From: Eledone cirrhosa
Taxonomy: Eukaryota
Length of the DNA: 64,000 nt
NCBI GenBank assembly: GCA_964016885.1
Contig: OZ024743.1
Coordinates: forward strand, 61,690,001-61,754,000
Direction of reading: 5' to 3'
The position numbers and the translations under genes are program-made. Below the pieces are notes generated by a model, which worked only from the letters and a program-made list of their open reading frames with translations, made no database searches and was not told the origin of the DNA. Of the stretch, positions 32,447 to 46,960 are shown in pieces (position 1 is the first letter of the stretch; each line of letters begins with the position of its first letter).

Positions 32447-34489
32447 AATATTTTTTTAAGGCAACGCTTGTAACAACTCTAGTTAAACATGATATATATT
32501 AATAATAAATTATCGTTGTAATGTAATTAGATTATATAATTGTTATTTTATAAATGATCTTATAAATATTATTGTAAGATGTATAAAAATATTTTCAGAC
32601 TTTTAATAGTTAATATAAATTTAAAAAATCATATATAAATTAACAATATAACTTACCAAAACGAGAAAAATATTTTGAGGGTAAACGACGAAATACTGGA
32701 GGAAGATTCGAAAACGAAACGATAAATAAACGTGCAAACAAAGTGGCGGATGCTTTTGAGCAACACTTACTCTCGTTGGTTGATTAACCAATAAGACGAT
32801 CAAATTAGCCAATAAGACGATACATTACAAAAGATTTTTGGGAGGGATCACCACGGCCAGCGATACCCCTTGAATTTTTTATTCACAAGCTACGCATGTA
32901 TGTCAGATGAGACACGCAGACTTAATACATTCTGTTTTTAGTCACTGCATGTCTAACGGATTACATCTCGTGGTGCACAATTTGAGGAGTACTGTTCTAC
33001 CCAGAAGGTCACATACTTTCACACATCGGTTGGATCCTGGCGCCGGGATGAATAATAACGAATTAAAACCTTTTCGAAGGGTTTAACAAATCAATGAGGA
33101 GATATTTTTTCTGTAAATATTTACTGTTGTGTGTCTGTGTCTGTGTGTGTTTTGAGCTGCCATCACTTCCGACGATGAATGTTCCAGTAGTTCAATCAAC
33201 TAAACAGCCTGCTCATTAAATTAACATGCAAGGGGCTGATCATACCTCGAACACGTATAACGTGTAATTCTTCCTGATTTTCTGTGTAATACAGAGTGAA
33301 TTACATGTACAACTCCCTTTTGGACTTCATCAACGTGAAATAATGCGTTTTCTTTTGTCCCTCATTCTAATGATCCTACAAATTTGCTACCTATAAAGTT
33401 GAACAGGGGAATGCTTTTTTCACGAGGCGTCTTTCAATCATGACTGGCCTTGGATTTGCACTCGGAAGGTCATCTACAAGGTACGAGTCCGAGCAAGGTA
33501 TTTTGTGGAATACCAACAGTTGCCAATGCATGCATGATAGTCTCCCTGCTCCATACTCCCGACGTCGTCCGGGAACCGAACTCATGACTTTACAATCGTG
33601 AGCCCAACACTCTACTAAGCCACATGCCTTCGCGAGTGGAGGCAGGACGCGGCGCCTAATAATGCGTAAAACTTGATCGAAAGATTGTTAGGGAAGCGTA
33701 GGTGTGCTGTCGTCACATACGGTGCATCTTCGGCATTTTAAACTCTGAGGAGCTCATCCATCTCCCGGTCAGAACACACTCAATGTCTAAGAGAGAGAAA
33801 GGAAAGAGAGTCATGAATCGACTCAGTACTGGAGGGTACATAATATATCAGCGTGGAAAAGGTAATGGCCAAAGTTCACCGCAGCGGCGCAATTTGAACT
33901 CTGGGCACAGTGAGCTGGAACAAATATCATGGTATTTTAAATCCGACACATTAAAGACTCTGCCAGTCTGCCGCTTTGAGGAAATATATTTATGTTCTGT
34001 AAATATTTACTGCCGTAGGAGTTAGAAAACTTACAATAGATTGCAGCTGAATTTTGCTAACAAGCAACTTGTTTATATTTTAGACACGAAGATTTACACA
34101 GACCTATTCGTAGTCCATTCTGGTTTATCAACGTCCTGGTGTATAATGTTGCTGTCTTACGTAATAATGTGTTAGCAATCTTATCGCAACATAACATTAT
34201 ACAATTAAAAAAAACAACCTATTCCCTGACTTCCTTTTCTCTCCTCACTAATCGCTCCGTCAATTTCTTTTTCCTCTTTTACGTACGTTACATACGTGCC
34301 TATACACATACATTTCTTACGTACATGCATACACTATATACATACACTCACACATGTATGCAGATATATCTAAGTCTCTCTCCTTTTATCAATATGTTTG
34401 TTTCTTGATATATTTTTCACTTGGTCGTCATTCTTAGCTTTCTTTTCTTTATATATGTGCGTGTGTGTTTACGAATGTGTGTGTATATA

Positions 34490-34522
<33 letters not shown>

Positions 34523-34611
34523 TGTATACATACATATATATATTCATTATAGATGAAATAATTAAACATAGTACGTATTATTTTACACATGTATATATAT
34601 ATATATGTATA

Positions 34612-35279
34612 AATATTTCTTATCTCCAAGGAAATACGGTTCTAGGAAGCCGTAGCGATGCAAACACCGGGGGGGGGGGGGCGAACGCCCTCTGGTGATG
34701 TCCAGCAGATGCAAGGGGGACAACTGTCTATGCATTTCAGGCGTAATTGGCCTTCGTCAAGACGGCCCCCCCCCCACCGCTTGCGACTGCTGGACTAGAA
34801 GACAGGCGAGAATATATACTTTTCTCGTCTGTGTAAATGAGGCGATTAATCTCATTTGCATATGAAGCTGCATAACTTGGCTCAACTTATAATGAAAAAG
34901 AAATAGGATTTCGCTTCAAGCATAGCTTTATACAATATGTATAAATATTTAGTATCTCTAAAGAAATACAGTTTTAGGAAGCCGTAGCTATGCAAACACC
35001 GGGGGCCTAACGCCCTCTGGTGATGTCCAGTATTTCCTTGGAGATACGAAATCTTCTAGTCCAGCAGTCGCAAGCGGTGGGAGGGACCGTCCTGATGAAG
35101 ACCAGTTAAGCCTGAAATGCATAGACGGTTGTCCCCCTTGCTTCTGCTGGACATCACCAGAGGGCGTTAGCCCCCCGGTGTTTGCATAGCTACGGCTTCC
35201 TAAAACCGTATTTCCTTGGAGATACGAAATAGTTATACATATTGTATAAAGCTATGCTTGAAGCGAAATCCTATTTCCT
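34612..35279. mobile_element. Nested tandem plus inverted copies of an HHR element of about 330 bp
   Basis: 34620-34801 and 34900-35030 are inverted relative to 35052-35279. HHR at 35086-35129 (+) and a mutated copy at 34723-34765 (-). Confidence 0.8.
35086..35129 (+). ncRNA. Minimal type I hammerhead
   Basis: accgtc-CTGATGA-ag(a/g)c...gcct-GAAA-tgca-TA-gacggt. Confidence 0.85.
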
Positions 35280-35298
35280 ATATATATATATATATATA

Positions 35299-35795
35299 TT
35301 GTTATACTTTGGGAGGGTCATGTTCCCAATAAGAAACACACGCACCAGTTGCTTTCACTTTAATTTATTATATATTTATAAATTTATAAATTTATAAATT
35401 TCTGGTTGGTTGGTTGGTTCCACAATCAGATAGTTGTTTATATATAGTCATAGTTCTTTCGTCACACACTCTGTGACCTCTTCAGTGAAACAAAATGGCG
35501 TAGGACAGAACAAAGGAGAGGCACAGAAACAAAGAAAGGAATCCCCAGTCACTGAAGAGGTCACAGAGTGTGTGACGAAAGAACTATGACTATATATAAA
35601 CAACTATCTGGTTGTGGAACCAACCAACCAACCAGAAATTTATAAATTTATAAATTTATAAATATATAATAAATTGAAGTGAAAGCAACTGGTGCGTGTG
35701 TTTCTTATTGGCAACATGACCCTCCCAAAGTATAACAATATCGGTTTCAACACACGATTTCAGATAAAGAATCTTGCTAAACAAATTCAGAAACG

Positions 35796-35797
<2 letters not shown>
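35299..35797 (+). mobile_element. pLTR-only inverted insertion of the 22971-26226 PLE family
   Basis: 35299-35488 is the reverse complement of 35549-35738. 35489-35797 matches 25915-26226. Confidence 0.9.
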
Positions 35798-35861
<64 letters not shown>

Positions 35862-35973
35862 GCGGTGCCCCAGCATGGCCTCAGCCGGATGACTGGGGCA
35901 GGTAAAAGAGTAAAAGAGTAAAAGACACACACACATACACACACACACACATATATATATATATACACACACA

Positions 35974-36041
<68 letters not shown>

Positions 36042-36043
<2 letters not shown>

Positions 36044-36596
36044 AATGAAAGGTATAGAAATTGTTTTAGCGAGAAGCTAACAGTATTCCATAACATTTAT
36101 GCGACTATGTCGTCAAGATGGGAAAAATAGTTAACGTAAGATGTAGGAAAAATAATTCAAACTGATCTCAAAAGAGAATCAGGATATAAATTCATCCACA
36201 GAATTTAGTGAAATCCAGGGAAAAATCAATAGAGCCTTAACTCATGATAAAATAAAGTCTAAAATACTTATCCTTCAATTTGGAAAAACATCAAATGCTC
36301 TGTATAGTCTTAAAGACTATTTCATGAAAACTTGCAGTGGAGATGGTCACGGTTGGATTTCAATCGTCAGCAGAGCTCAACCAGATAACCAGGACTCTCA
36401 CAGATTTATAAGCCAAAAAGGGAATTTTAAAACTGGCTAGTTCACCATCATGCGTGATTATGAAAAACGCACATCAGGAAAACAGGGCTAGTGACGTCAG
36501 AATGAAATGAATGTTTGTTTACAAGAAATAACAGTCAAATACATTCCGAAAAAATCTCTACAAAAGGAGTTCAGCAAAAAGCAATATTATCGCAGA
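36042..36596 (-). mobile_element. About 555-bp non-coding HHR element, copy 2
   Basis: See 28414-28972. This copy has an intact ribozyme. Confidence 0.85.
36297..36376 (-). ncRNA. Type I hammerhead with stable stems I and III
   Basis: gctctg-CTGACGA-t-tgaaa...tttca-t-GAAA-tagtct-tta-agacta-TA-cagagc. Confidence 0.9.
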
Positions 36597-36602
36597 TATA
36601 TA

Positions 36603-36660
<58 letters not shown>

Positions 36661-36665
<5 letters not shown>

Positions 36666-36888
36666 TAAACGGAATAGAAAATGCTGACAAATTGTTCACA
36701 GTTGAAAAATGGTTTAATTAGGAATAAAAGAGTATTAGTGATTGTATGGGTTACTGAATACTAACCCATACAATCACTAATACTCTTTTATTCCTAATTA
36801 AACCATTTTTCAACTGTGAACAATTTGTCAGCATTTTCTATTCCGTTTACCAATATATAATAACTTGTGTGTTACACCTCTATTCTTT

Positions 36889-36893
<5 letters not shown>
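36661..36893 (+). mobile_element. Palindromic insertion of the 12213-12792 family
   Basis: About 93-bp perfect arms, an 8-bp spacer and the same tail of about 34 bp. Confidence 0.9.
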
Positions 36894-36981
<88 letters not shown>

Positions 36982-37023
36982 CTTTCTATCTATCTCTGTA
37001 TATATCTATAATAAAGAAAGATA

Positions 37024-37063
<40 letters not shown>

Positions 37064-37064
37064 G

Positions 37065-37103
<39 letters not shown>

Positions 37104-37122
37104 TGTGTGTGTGTGTGTGTGG

Positions 37123-37154
<32 letters not shown>

Positions 37155-38103
37155 ATACGTGTGTGTGTGTGTGTGTGTGTGTGTTTGCATACATGTGTGT
37201 GTCTATTATCTGTGAAGCAGTGTTATAAATATCAAGGATTCACAGACACGTTAATATATCGTCTATTCTTGTAATCATATCTTGACATATATTGCACATC
37301 GCTGATATCAATGCTGCCAGCCTGACAGTCTGACATGCTGGGTTCAATAACAAATTCTCCTTTCTCTCTATTGCGATAACATTGTTAATTTATATATAAC
37401 ATTGTTTATATTTACACCATTAACCATCCTTTTTTTCGGAGATAGCCTTATAATGTGTAGCTAACGATATATTTAATGTGTTGCCACCGAACAATCTACA
37501 TACTACCATTTATTGCCACAACTTCACCAATCAAAATAAAATACTTTCTGGGTATATCTTTCAGATTTGCAATAGTATGAGTGCTTGAGACAGGTACCAT
37601 GACTCAATGTTTGATATTATATGAGTCTGGAAAGCATTGTAATTGCTATTTTAAACATTTTTATGAGTCTTCTAAATTTTTTAACGATCATTTACCATGT
37701 AGGTGCATGTCGTATTTGACACAAAATGTAAATTTACTACCCGAAATTATATTTAGAACTACAGAAGGAAAGATCAACTGCACGTTAAAATAATCACTGA
37801 ACTGCTTATTGCAATTGTCATGTTTCAAACATTAGACTGCGGCCATACCGACTCAATTATTTATTTTTTAAAGTCCGGTATTTATTTTGGCTAGATTGTT
37901 AAGCTATATGGCGCTGAAACACACACATAGATATATATACGAAGGGCTACTGCAGTTTCCGCTCCCCAAATGCTACTCACAAGTCATTTAACGCTCTATC
38001 AAACACGGAGTTATAAATCACTTGCTTAAGGTACCACGCAACAAAACCTAGTAGAATGTGGTTGCGAAGCGAGCCCCTTACCCATGCAGCCATTCCTACG
38101 CCA

Positions 38104-38153
<50 letters not shown>

Positions 38154-38164
38154 GTGTGTGTGTG

Positions 38165-38196
<32 letters not shown>

Positions 38197-39162
38197 TGTA
38201 TATACACACACACGATATACACACACACGATATACACACACTTTCTATACTCAACTTAAGTCAATCACCTAAACCTGCTACCTGTCGCAGTCTAGTCAGC
38301 TGTGTCTACGAAATTAGATAGTGTATCACATTCAAAATAAATCTTTCTACGATGAACCCTTTGTTGTAAAGTGATCTTTAAAAAATAAGAGTGAATACAT
38401 GCTGAATCATAGAATATCTAAAGATCTGAGACTTTAAATCAACCGGAAATGACACTGCAGTTGCCCGATTTTAATATTGATTTCCACCATAGATACAACG
38501 CCACATATTGTGTGTGTGTGGGGGGGGGGGGGGAGTATAGCCTGTTAAATCAACTTCATTATTTGTTAAATGTTGGAAATTTAAATACAATTTCAAACAT
38601 AAAGTTTCATCAAGCTGGAGCTTATCACCGTGTATAAGAATCACTCCTTCGACAGATCGCCAGTTAGTCCGTCGAATGGTTAATTTCCGGCAGTTGCTGC
38701 TGCTGATAGTTATCATTTTTCAGTTGAGTAGTGATAGGCAACGTTAAATGAAGCTCCTTTCTCAAGAGCTCAACTCGCAGTCTGATCCGGGAGTAGAACA
38801 CGCGATCTCACTATTATAAGAACCACATCCTAATCACAGGGTTGTACTCTGTACTTGATTTGTACTTTATTTTATCGACTATAGAAGAATCAGGGGCAGA
38901 ACTGACTTCGGTGGGCTTTGAACTCAGGAAAAAATATAAACGTCCCGTTGCTGAATAACGTAGGCAACGATTTAGAATTGTCATAGTGCATCGGATTAAA
39001 AATGCTTCGAAATTTGTTCTGGCTGTTTTAACTTCAAATCGTGCCGAGGTCACGTTAACCTTTCGTCCGGTCAAGTTTGATAAACTATCATTCTACTGTC
39101 GATTCTCCCTTTATCTAGCTTTCATTTTACCCTTTCCGCCGCAGTAACTGGATGTTTATTTA

Positions 39163-39251
<89 letters not shown>

Positions 39252-39296
39252 GTGACGAAACATAAGTCAATTGCATGAACTCATAATCCTTTATTT

Positions 39297-39352
39297 ACTG
39301 CTATATATATTTCGATGATAGCCATTGTATGGCTATGACCTCATCAGGCAGT
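39297..39352 (-). ncRNA. Type I hammerhead in a short element (~39250-39530)
   Basis: actgc-CTGATGA-ggt-c-atagcca-tacaa-tggctat-c-atc-GAAA-tatata-TA-gcagt. Confidence 0.85.
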
Positions 39353-39538
39353 TAGTAAGTTCTTAGATATGCCAGCTCTGGGTTTTTGGTGTTGATAATT
39401 TTAGAGCCTTGGGACATATGAGTTTGTTAGGGATAATTTAATGTTGTCAGCAGGAATAATCTTAATTCTCATTGGTCAGTTTGTAGATGCTAGTAGGATT
39501 GGTATTTGACCTCAAAGAGGTCCGTGTTGTATATATAT

Positions 39539-39625
<87 letters not shown>

Positions 39626-39654
39626 TATATATACACATTTATATATATATATAT

Positions 39655-39711
<57 letters not shown>

Positions 39712-39722
39712 TATATATACAC

Positions 39723-39813
<91 letters not shown>

Positions 39814-41959
39814 TTGTTGAATGAATTTTACGCGTATCTGTACTTCCTTTTCTATACTAACACCTTATTTAAACACTGTGATCTCAAAATCTGCGTTGTC
39901 CTTACAACTCTTTAAAGACACAATGTTGAGAAAACAAGTAAACATTAGATAAGGCCGTTTTTGTTCTTTCCCTTTGATTACCTCAGACGCCATTTTCCAC
40001 CGTAGGTGAAACACATTATTTGTCTCTTTATTTCACCCTATTTTCTGACCTCAGTAAATAAGGAAACAATGCTCTATTCATCTATTTATTCTATTTTTCT
40101 TCAGATATCTATTTTATATACATCCAATATGTTTTCCTGGTGGTTTTCTTTTTTGTTTCATCTTCGTCGTTTATACTTGTTTCTTAAATCTTATCATATA
40201 ATGATTTAGTAGAGAATATGTACAGCCGGGTTTAATCAAATGCTTGTAGTATCATTTTCTGGTGGACAGTGTATAGAAATTTAGAGTGTTGGAAAAATAC
40301 ATCACTATTTAATGTAGTACAGTCATGGTGCTGCTTTGTTTTGTTGTTGATAAAAAAGAAAAGACGACAATATTTTCATTGAACATTCCATTGCTGATAC
40401 TATCTGCCGTTCACAACACCTGGCAGAAGGAGGTAGAATTTAAACTTGGATGTGATTCCGCCTCATTAACAATTCCGTCAATCCACCATCCACCGGTGCT
40501 GGACTGTCACTTTTTTTATCGACCCCGAAATAATGGAAGACAAATGTTAGCTCAGCACGATTTGATCTCCCAGTTCAGTGAAACATTCAATTCGATGCCT
40601 TAACGACTCTGCCAAATCGCTTTTTAAGAATGTCTTTCTAAGGTGTAACAAGTTGTTAAATGTTAACAAACCATACTATAGTTACAACATAGGTGTTCTT
40701 TTACTTGGATTTTTTTTCTAATATATCCGAGAAATATGTCCGTCGGACATGTCCACACTTCACCCACAGAGAATAACTAAGTTACAAGAAGTGATAAAAA
40801 CACACGCACAAGTCAACAAAAAAAAACAACACAAAAGAAAAATATAATACAATGATTGTATATTAGTTTAACGCTTGTTATAGTTGGGAAAGAGTTGTCT
40901 TAACAGATCGGACGCTAGTCCTTCATCGGAAGATAGAAAAGGAGACCGAGGGGAAATTTTGGAGAAAGAATAAGACAAGGGTAAAAGAAAACAGAGAAAA
41001 GGATATATATATAATATGGGGAGGGGAGTGTCCACAGGTTATCGGGATGGGAGTAGACCTGAGAATCTATTCCCAATAAAAATACCCCAAATAGCTTGCG
41101 TCTCATATAACCACTGACAAGCAAAGCCCAGGTATTTGCCTTCCCGTGGCGATGTTTGGAACTGTCAAGAAGGGTTAAAGACGAGTTACTGGCACCATTA
41201 AACCATTTGCCTCGGGAAAAGGTCACTCTGATTTCAAACCCGGGGTAGTTGCGACTCCTTAGTCATAATTGTGACAACCTATGTGTGTACGGGAACTCAG
41301 ATATAACTCCAGTTCATGTGGGGGTGCGCAGTAAGTTCATCGGACGTGAAGGACCCCAATCAGTTGTTACGGCATTCCTCTAAGAGCTGCAAATTCTGAA
41401 GTGAAATCTGCAGTTTACGTGACTACTGGTAATTTTGCTTAGGCTTGTTATCAGATATTAACCAGAGACATAGATAGTGGTACTTGTGCTTTATAAGAGT
41501 TTGTCACTATAATCCATGATGTACAGATGCCTCTTTTGTAGTCTCATCTGTCATTCTATCTCTCCAACGAATGGAGGCGGGGACTCTAAATTCTTAACAC
41601 CATAAAAAATAGGACTTATTGTGCAGCTATGGGAATGTCACTCGAATTTGCCTCAACGAAATGTCGTCATGTCTGTAGTTTCGTTAGCTCTTGATATGTA
41701 ATATAGACGAGAGTAGTCACGTTTCCCCAGTCACCTGGGTTAATGTGTCCTTTCTATGCTGAAGTGTTGTCAGTGCATGAGGTGCGATCTTGGGCTTCCC
41801 TTTTGTTGCTGAATTGAAAAGTCATATCCTTGCACGTAGAAGGATGTAGACTTGCAGTAATCATTGAGGTGATGTTGAGACGGCTATCATCTGACAAGAT
41901 GAAGTAATCATTATATATACATGTATATGTATATATATGTATATATATAAATATAAATA

Positions 41960-42049
<90 letters not shown>

Positions 42050-42172
42050 TAAGTAATATTAAATATTACTCAGTTATATGTATGAATATGGCTCGATGTC
42101 TATATCAAATATAATACAGAGCCGAAATACAATGTGAATAATAATCAAAGAGTATTTAATCTTTCAAATATT

Positions 42173-42227
42173 TAATAACAAACGATCGTTTCATCCTAAC
42201 ACAAGGCTGGTGTCTTCAGAGTTATTA
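42173..42227 (-). ncRNA. Type I hammerhead in an element at ~42048-42560
   Basis: taataac(t)-CTGAAGA-...cct-tgtgtt-agg..-GAAA-cgatcg-TT-(t)gttatta. Confidence 0.65.
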
Positions 42228-42782
42228 CAAGAGTTAAATACAAATATAGGATCTAAATTTTGCTTCAGGAACATTTGGAGAACACATATGAGAAAGTTAG
42301 ATAAGAGCAAGTATTAATATTTTCACAAGGTAACCAAGCGACTGAGGCGGAATACATGTGTAAAATATGAGTAGATAACAAATCAGGAGCAGAAAAAAGG
42401 CGATAAAATAAAGTAAAATACATATACTTACAAATAAATGAAGTACAGTAAAAATCCACATATAGTTGTGGAGAAAATGGATGCTGAAAAAGTTGGTAAT
42501 AGAAGACAGAGGAAACATGCATTTCAAAATAAAGCTTAAGGATTTAAGCATATTAAAAGATTAGATGTAAAGTCTTGCAGATGTAAACATATTCATATAT
42601 ACAGAAACGTAGATACACGTATATACGCAAATATTCATACACACACATACACACACACACACATACATACACACATACATACACACATGCATACACACAT
42701 ACATACTCACACAGATAGATGAATACATATTGGTACCTACGAGTAGATGTATGCATAATGTTTACACACACACACACACAGA

Positions 42783-44192
<1,410 letters not shown>

Positions 44193-44198
<6 letters not shown>

Positions 44199-44908
44199 TA
44201 AGACGAATTCCAACTTTGTCTGATTTACTCGTTTTATTTACAATCCTTTAAAATTTATAATGGTATTATAATGAAATAGTATGGTAGAATATTAAATGTT
44301 AAGTGTTAATTGAACAAGTACTTTCATGATTTCGCAATCTTCAGGTTCATAATGTGTGTGATAGTCAAGTTTGCAATTTTCAACTGCAATGAGATGGGTA
44401 AATGGCTCCAGAATGCTAAATCTTGCAAACTGTATTTCGACCAATCGGTGTGTAGTTTCACTGAATTACTAAAGCTGATTGGTTTAGGCGTCACAGTTGG
44501 TTGAGCATGTCTAACGACCACTAATTGATCCTATCCAAAGCATCAATTGTTTTCCTATATTTAGAAATGATGAAAATAGCATTTTCTAGTAATCATCACC
44601 ATCAACATCACTTTTATTATTATTATTATTGTTGCTGTTGTTGTTAGTGGTCGTAGTCGACATGGTCGTAGTCATAGCCATAGTCATTATTATTGTTCAT
44701 TTAGCTTTCACCACACATTATGAACCTGAAGATTGCGAAAGCATGAAAGTACTTGTTCAATTAACACTTAATATTTAATATTTTATCATACTATTTCATT
44801 ATAATACCATTATAAATTTTAAAGGATTGTAAATAAAACGAGTAAATCAGACAAAGTTGGAATTCCTCTTATTAATATAATCTTCTATACACAATCATAC
44901 ACACCCGT
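44193..44908 (+). mobile_element. Inverted HHR element (arms about 165 bp, tail about 30 bp)
   Basis: 44193-44358 is the reverse complement of 44714-44879. Confidence 0.85.
44721..44759 (+). ncRNA. Minimal type I hammerhead; mirror at 44311-44349 (-)
   Basis: tgaac-CTGAAGA-t-tgc-gaaa-gca-t-GAAA-gtac-TT-gttca. Confidence 0.85.
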
Positions 44909-46082
44909 ATATTTTAACTTTAATTATATCTCATAAAATAATACAACTGGCTTTCCACAAAATACATATAGTTAGCACCCCAAACACTTAAATTGGGTTA
45001 TACTAACATATAACCTAATGTTTGTTGGGTGAGATGGTTACCAGTCGGACTTTAGCGTTAAGCTATCTCTGTTATTGTATTAAATATGTTACGCTTGATT
45101 TGGCCAGAGGTACTTATTTCCAGGTACCTTATAAACATGACTTTCTGTATTTGTTACTGTTGTGAGATATGGAGGTTTTTTGGTTGTCACTTCTCTGTTT
45201 TTAGCCTATGAAAATATATATATGCGTGTGTAAATAATTACATGCATACATTTATTTTTTTTAATTAATTGAGTTCTTAACACGTGGAATTGATAATAGT
45301 TTTAAATAACTAATTAACCCGCGTGTATTAAATATTTTACTCTTAATTTGGCCAGAGATTTACATTCCCAATCGCCTTTAAAGCGTAACCTTCAGTATTT
45401 GCTGCGGTGATGTGATGCGGTTTGTTATTTTGGTATCACCTCTGTTTTTAGCCTAAGAAAAAATATCTATATGCGTGTGTAATTAATACACGCATACATT
45501 TATTTTTTTAATTTCAATTGAGTTCTTAACACGTTGGATTGATAATGTTTTTGAAAAAACTAATTAACCCGAGTGTATATTATTATTTTTTTCTTTTCTC
45601 GTGTATCGTGGTTGTCTCCCTTTCCCGCTTCATGACGCTATGAAACTTCCTCAGTCAAAAGACTGCTGGAATTTCAAATTTGGCGGTCATTCGATGCGTG
45701 AAGGAGCAGCTTAGCAGACACGATTTTTAACTTCGGTAAGAATTTTTTCTTATATCAAAGTTTAATGGGCTTCCACTGAAGATTTATAAGTGCCCACCTA
45801 AATATATTCTTACATGAATATATGTTAAGCTTCTACATAAACTGGAAACATTCTCCCAATTTGTAGAAAACTTATAATAAAACAATTGTTTGGAAAGAGA
45901 GATATATTTTAACTTTAATTATATCTCATAAAATAATACAACTGGCTTTCCACAAAATACATATAGTTAGCACCCCAAACACTTAAATTGGGTTATACTA
46001 ACATATAACCTAATGTTTGTTGAGTGAGATGGTCACCAGTCGTACTTTAGCGTTAAACTATCTCTGTTATTGTATTAAATAT
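44909..46082 (+). mobile_element. Non-coding partial-tandem element: about 180-bp terminal direct repeats and an internal duplication of about 250 bp
   Basis: 44909-45088 matches 45903-46082, and 45075-45325 resembles 45325-45578. Decayed CTGAAGA...GAAAC...GTA at 45777-45866. Confidence 0.7.
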
Positions 46083-46628
46083 ATATATATATATATATGA
46101 ATATATATAGGAAAATGTTCAGGACCCTGACGGCAGAGCTCAAGCCGTTTCGAGTTCAGAAATAGCCGGCTAAGGACTTGCCTATGGTCATCAATACCAT
46201 ACATCGTAACAATGTCACATATCAAGCAATGCCTGCGCTTGAAACTTTTTTAACATCGAATGCATTTGCCCCAAAAGAAACTGGTCTACATCACTGGATG
46301 CAAACGAAGTCACAGATTTTATATCACTGACCTTCTCCAAGAGAGATGTCCTAATGAAGATTAGGAGTCTCTCGGTCCACATCAAATTAAAACCGGCAAT
46401 CCCAACAAACTAAATTTGAACACCCAGCTGGAGGAAAAACAAAACTGCCAAAAGGTGGAGGAACTCAGGAGTGTCAACGGCCATCCAATAAAATATTTAT
46501 GTATATATACATACACACATAAGTATGTGTATGTATACACTTGCATGTGCATACATAAAATATATATATATATATACACATATATTTATATACACACAAA
46601 GTATGTGTGAGTATATATATCTTTATAT

Positions 46629-46960
46629 ATGTAGGAGGTGAGTAATATTGTAGAAAATTAAAACTATGCATATATCAGATAAGTAGCACTCAAGAGTTGG
46701 TAGAACTGGAGTATATATAAAGAAGAAATTAAAAGATGGTTAAAAAAATTCCATATATTTTATTATGCGCATTTCAAAAACAACATCATCCTGGCACAAA
46801 AATTGTGTTCTCATCAGATAAAATAAGGTAACACCTCATATCATGTTACCTTATTTTATCTGATGAGAACACAATTTTTGTGCCAGGATGATGTTGTTTT
46901 TGAAATGCGCATAATAAAATATATGGAATTTTTTTAACCATCTTTTAATTTCTTCTTTAT
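46629..46960 (-). mobile_element. Palindromic HHR element with a tail of about 85 bp
   Basis: 46715-46834 is inverted at 46844-46960. HHRs at 46757-46824 (-) and 46853-46920 (+): attttat-CTGATGA...GAAA-tgcgca-TA-ataaaat. Confidence 0.9.

Noticed and set aside
32600-33560. Possible host exons (GTAAG donors, short open frame near 33400-33480)
   Set aside because: No recognisable protein motif or consistent exon chain. RNA-seq would be needed.
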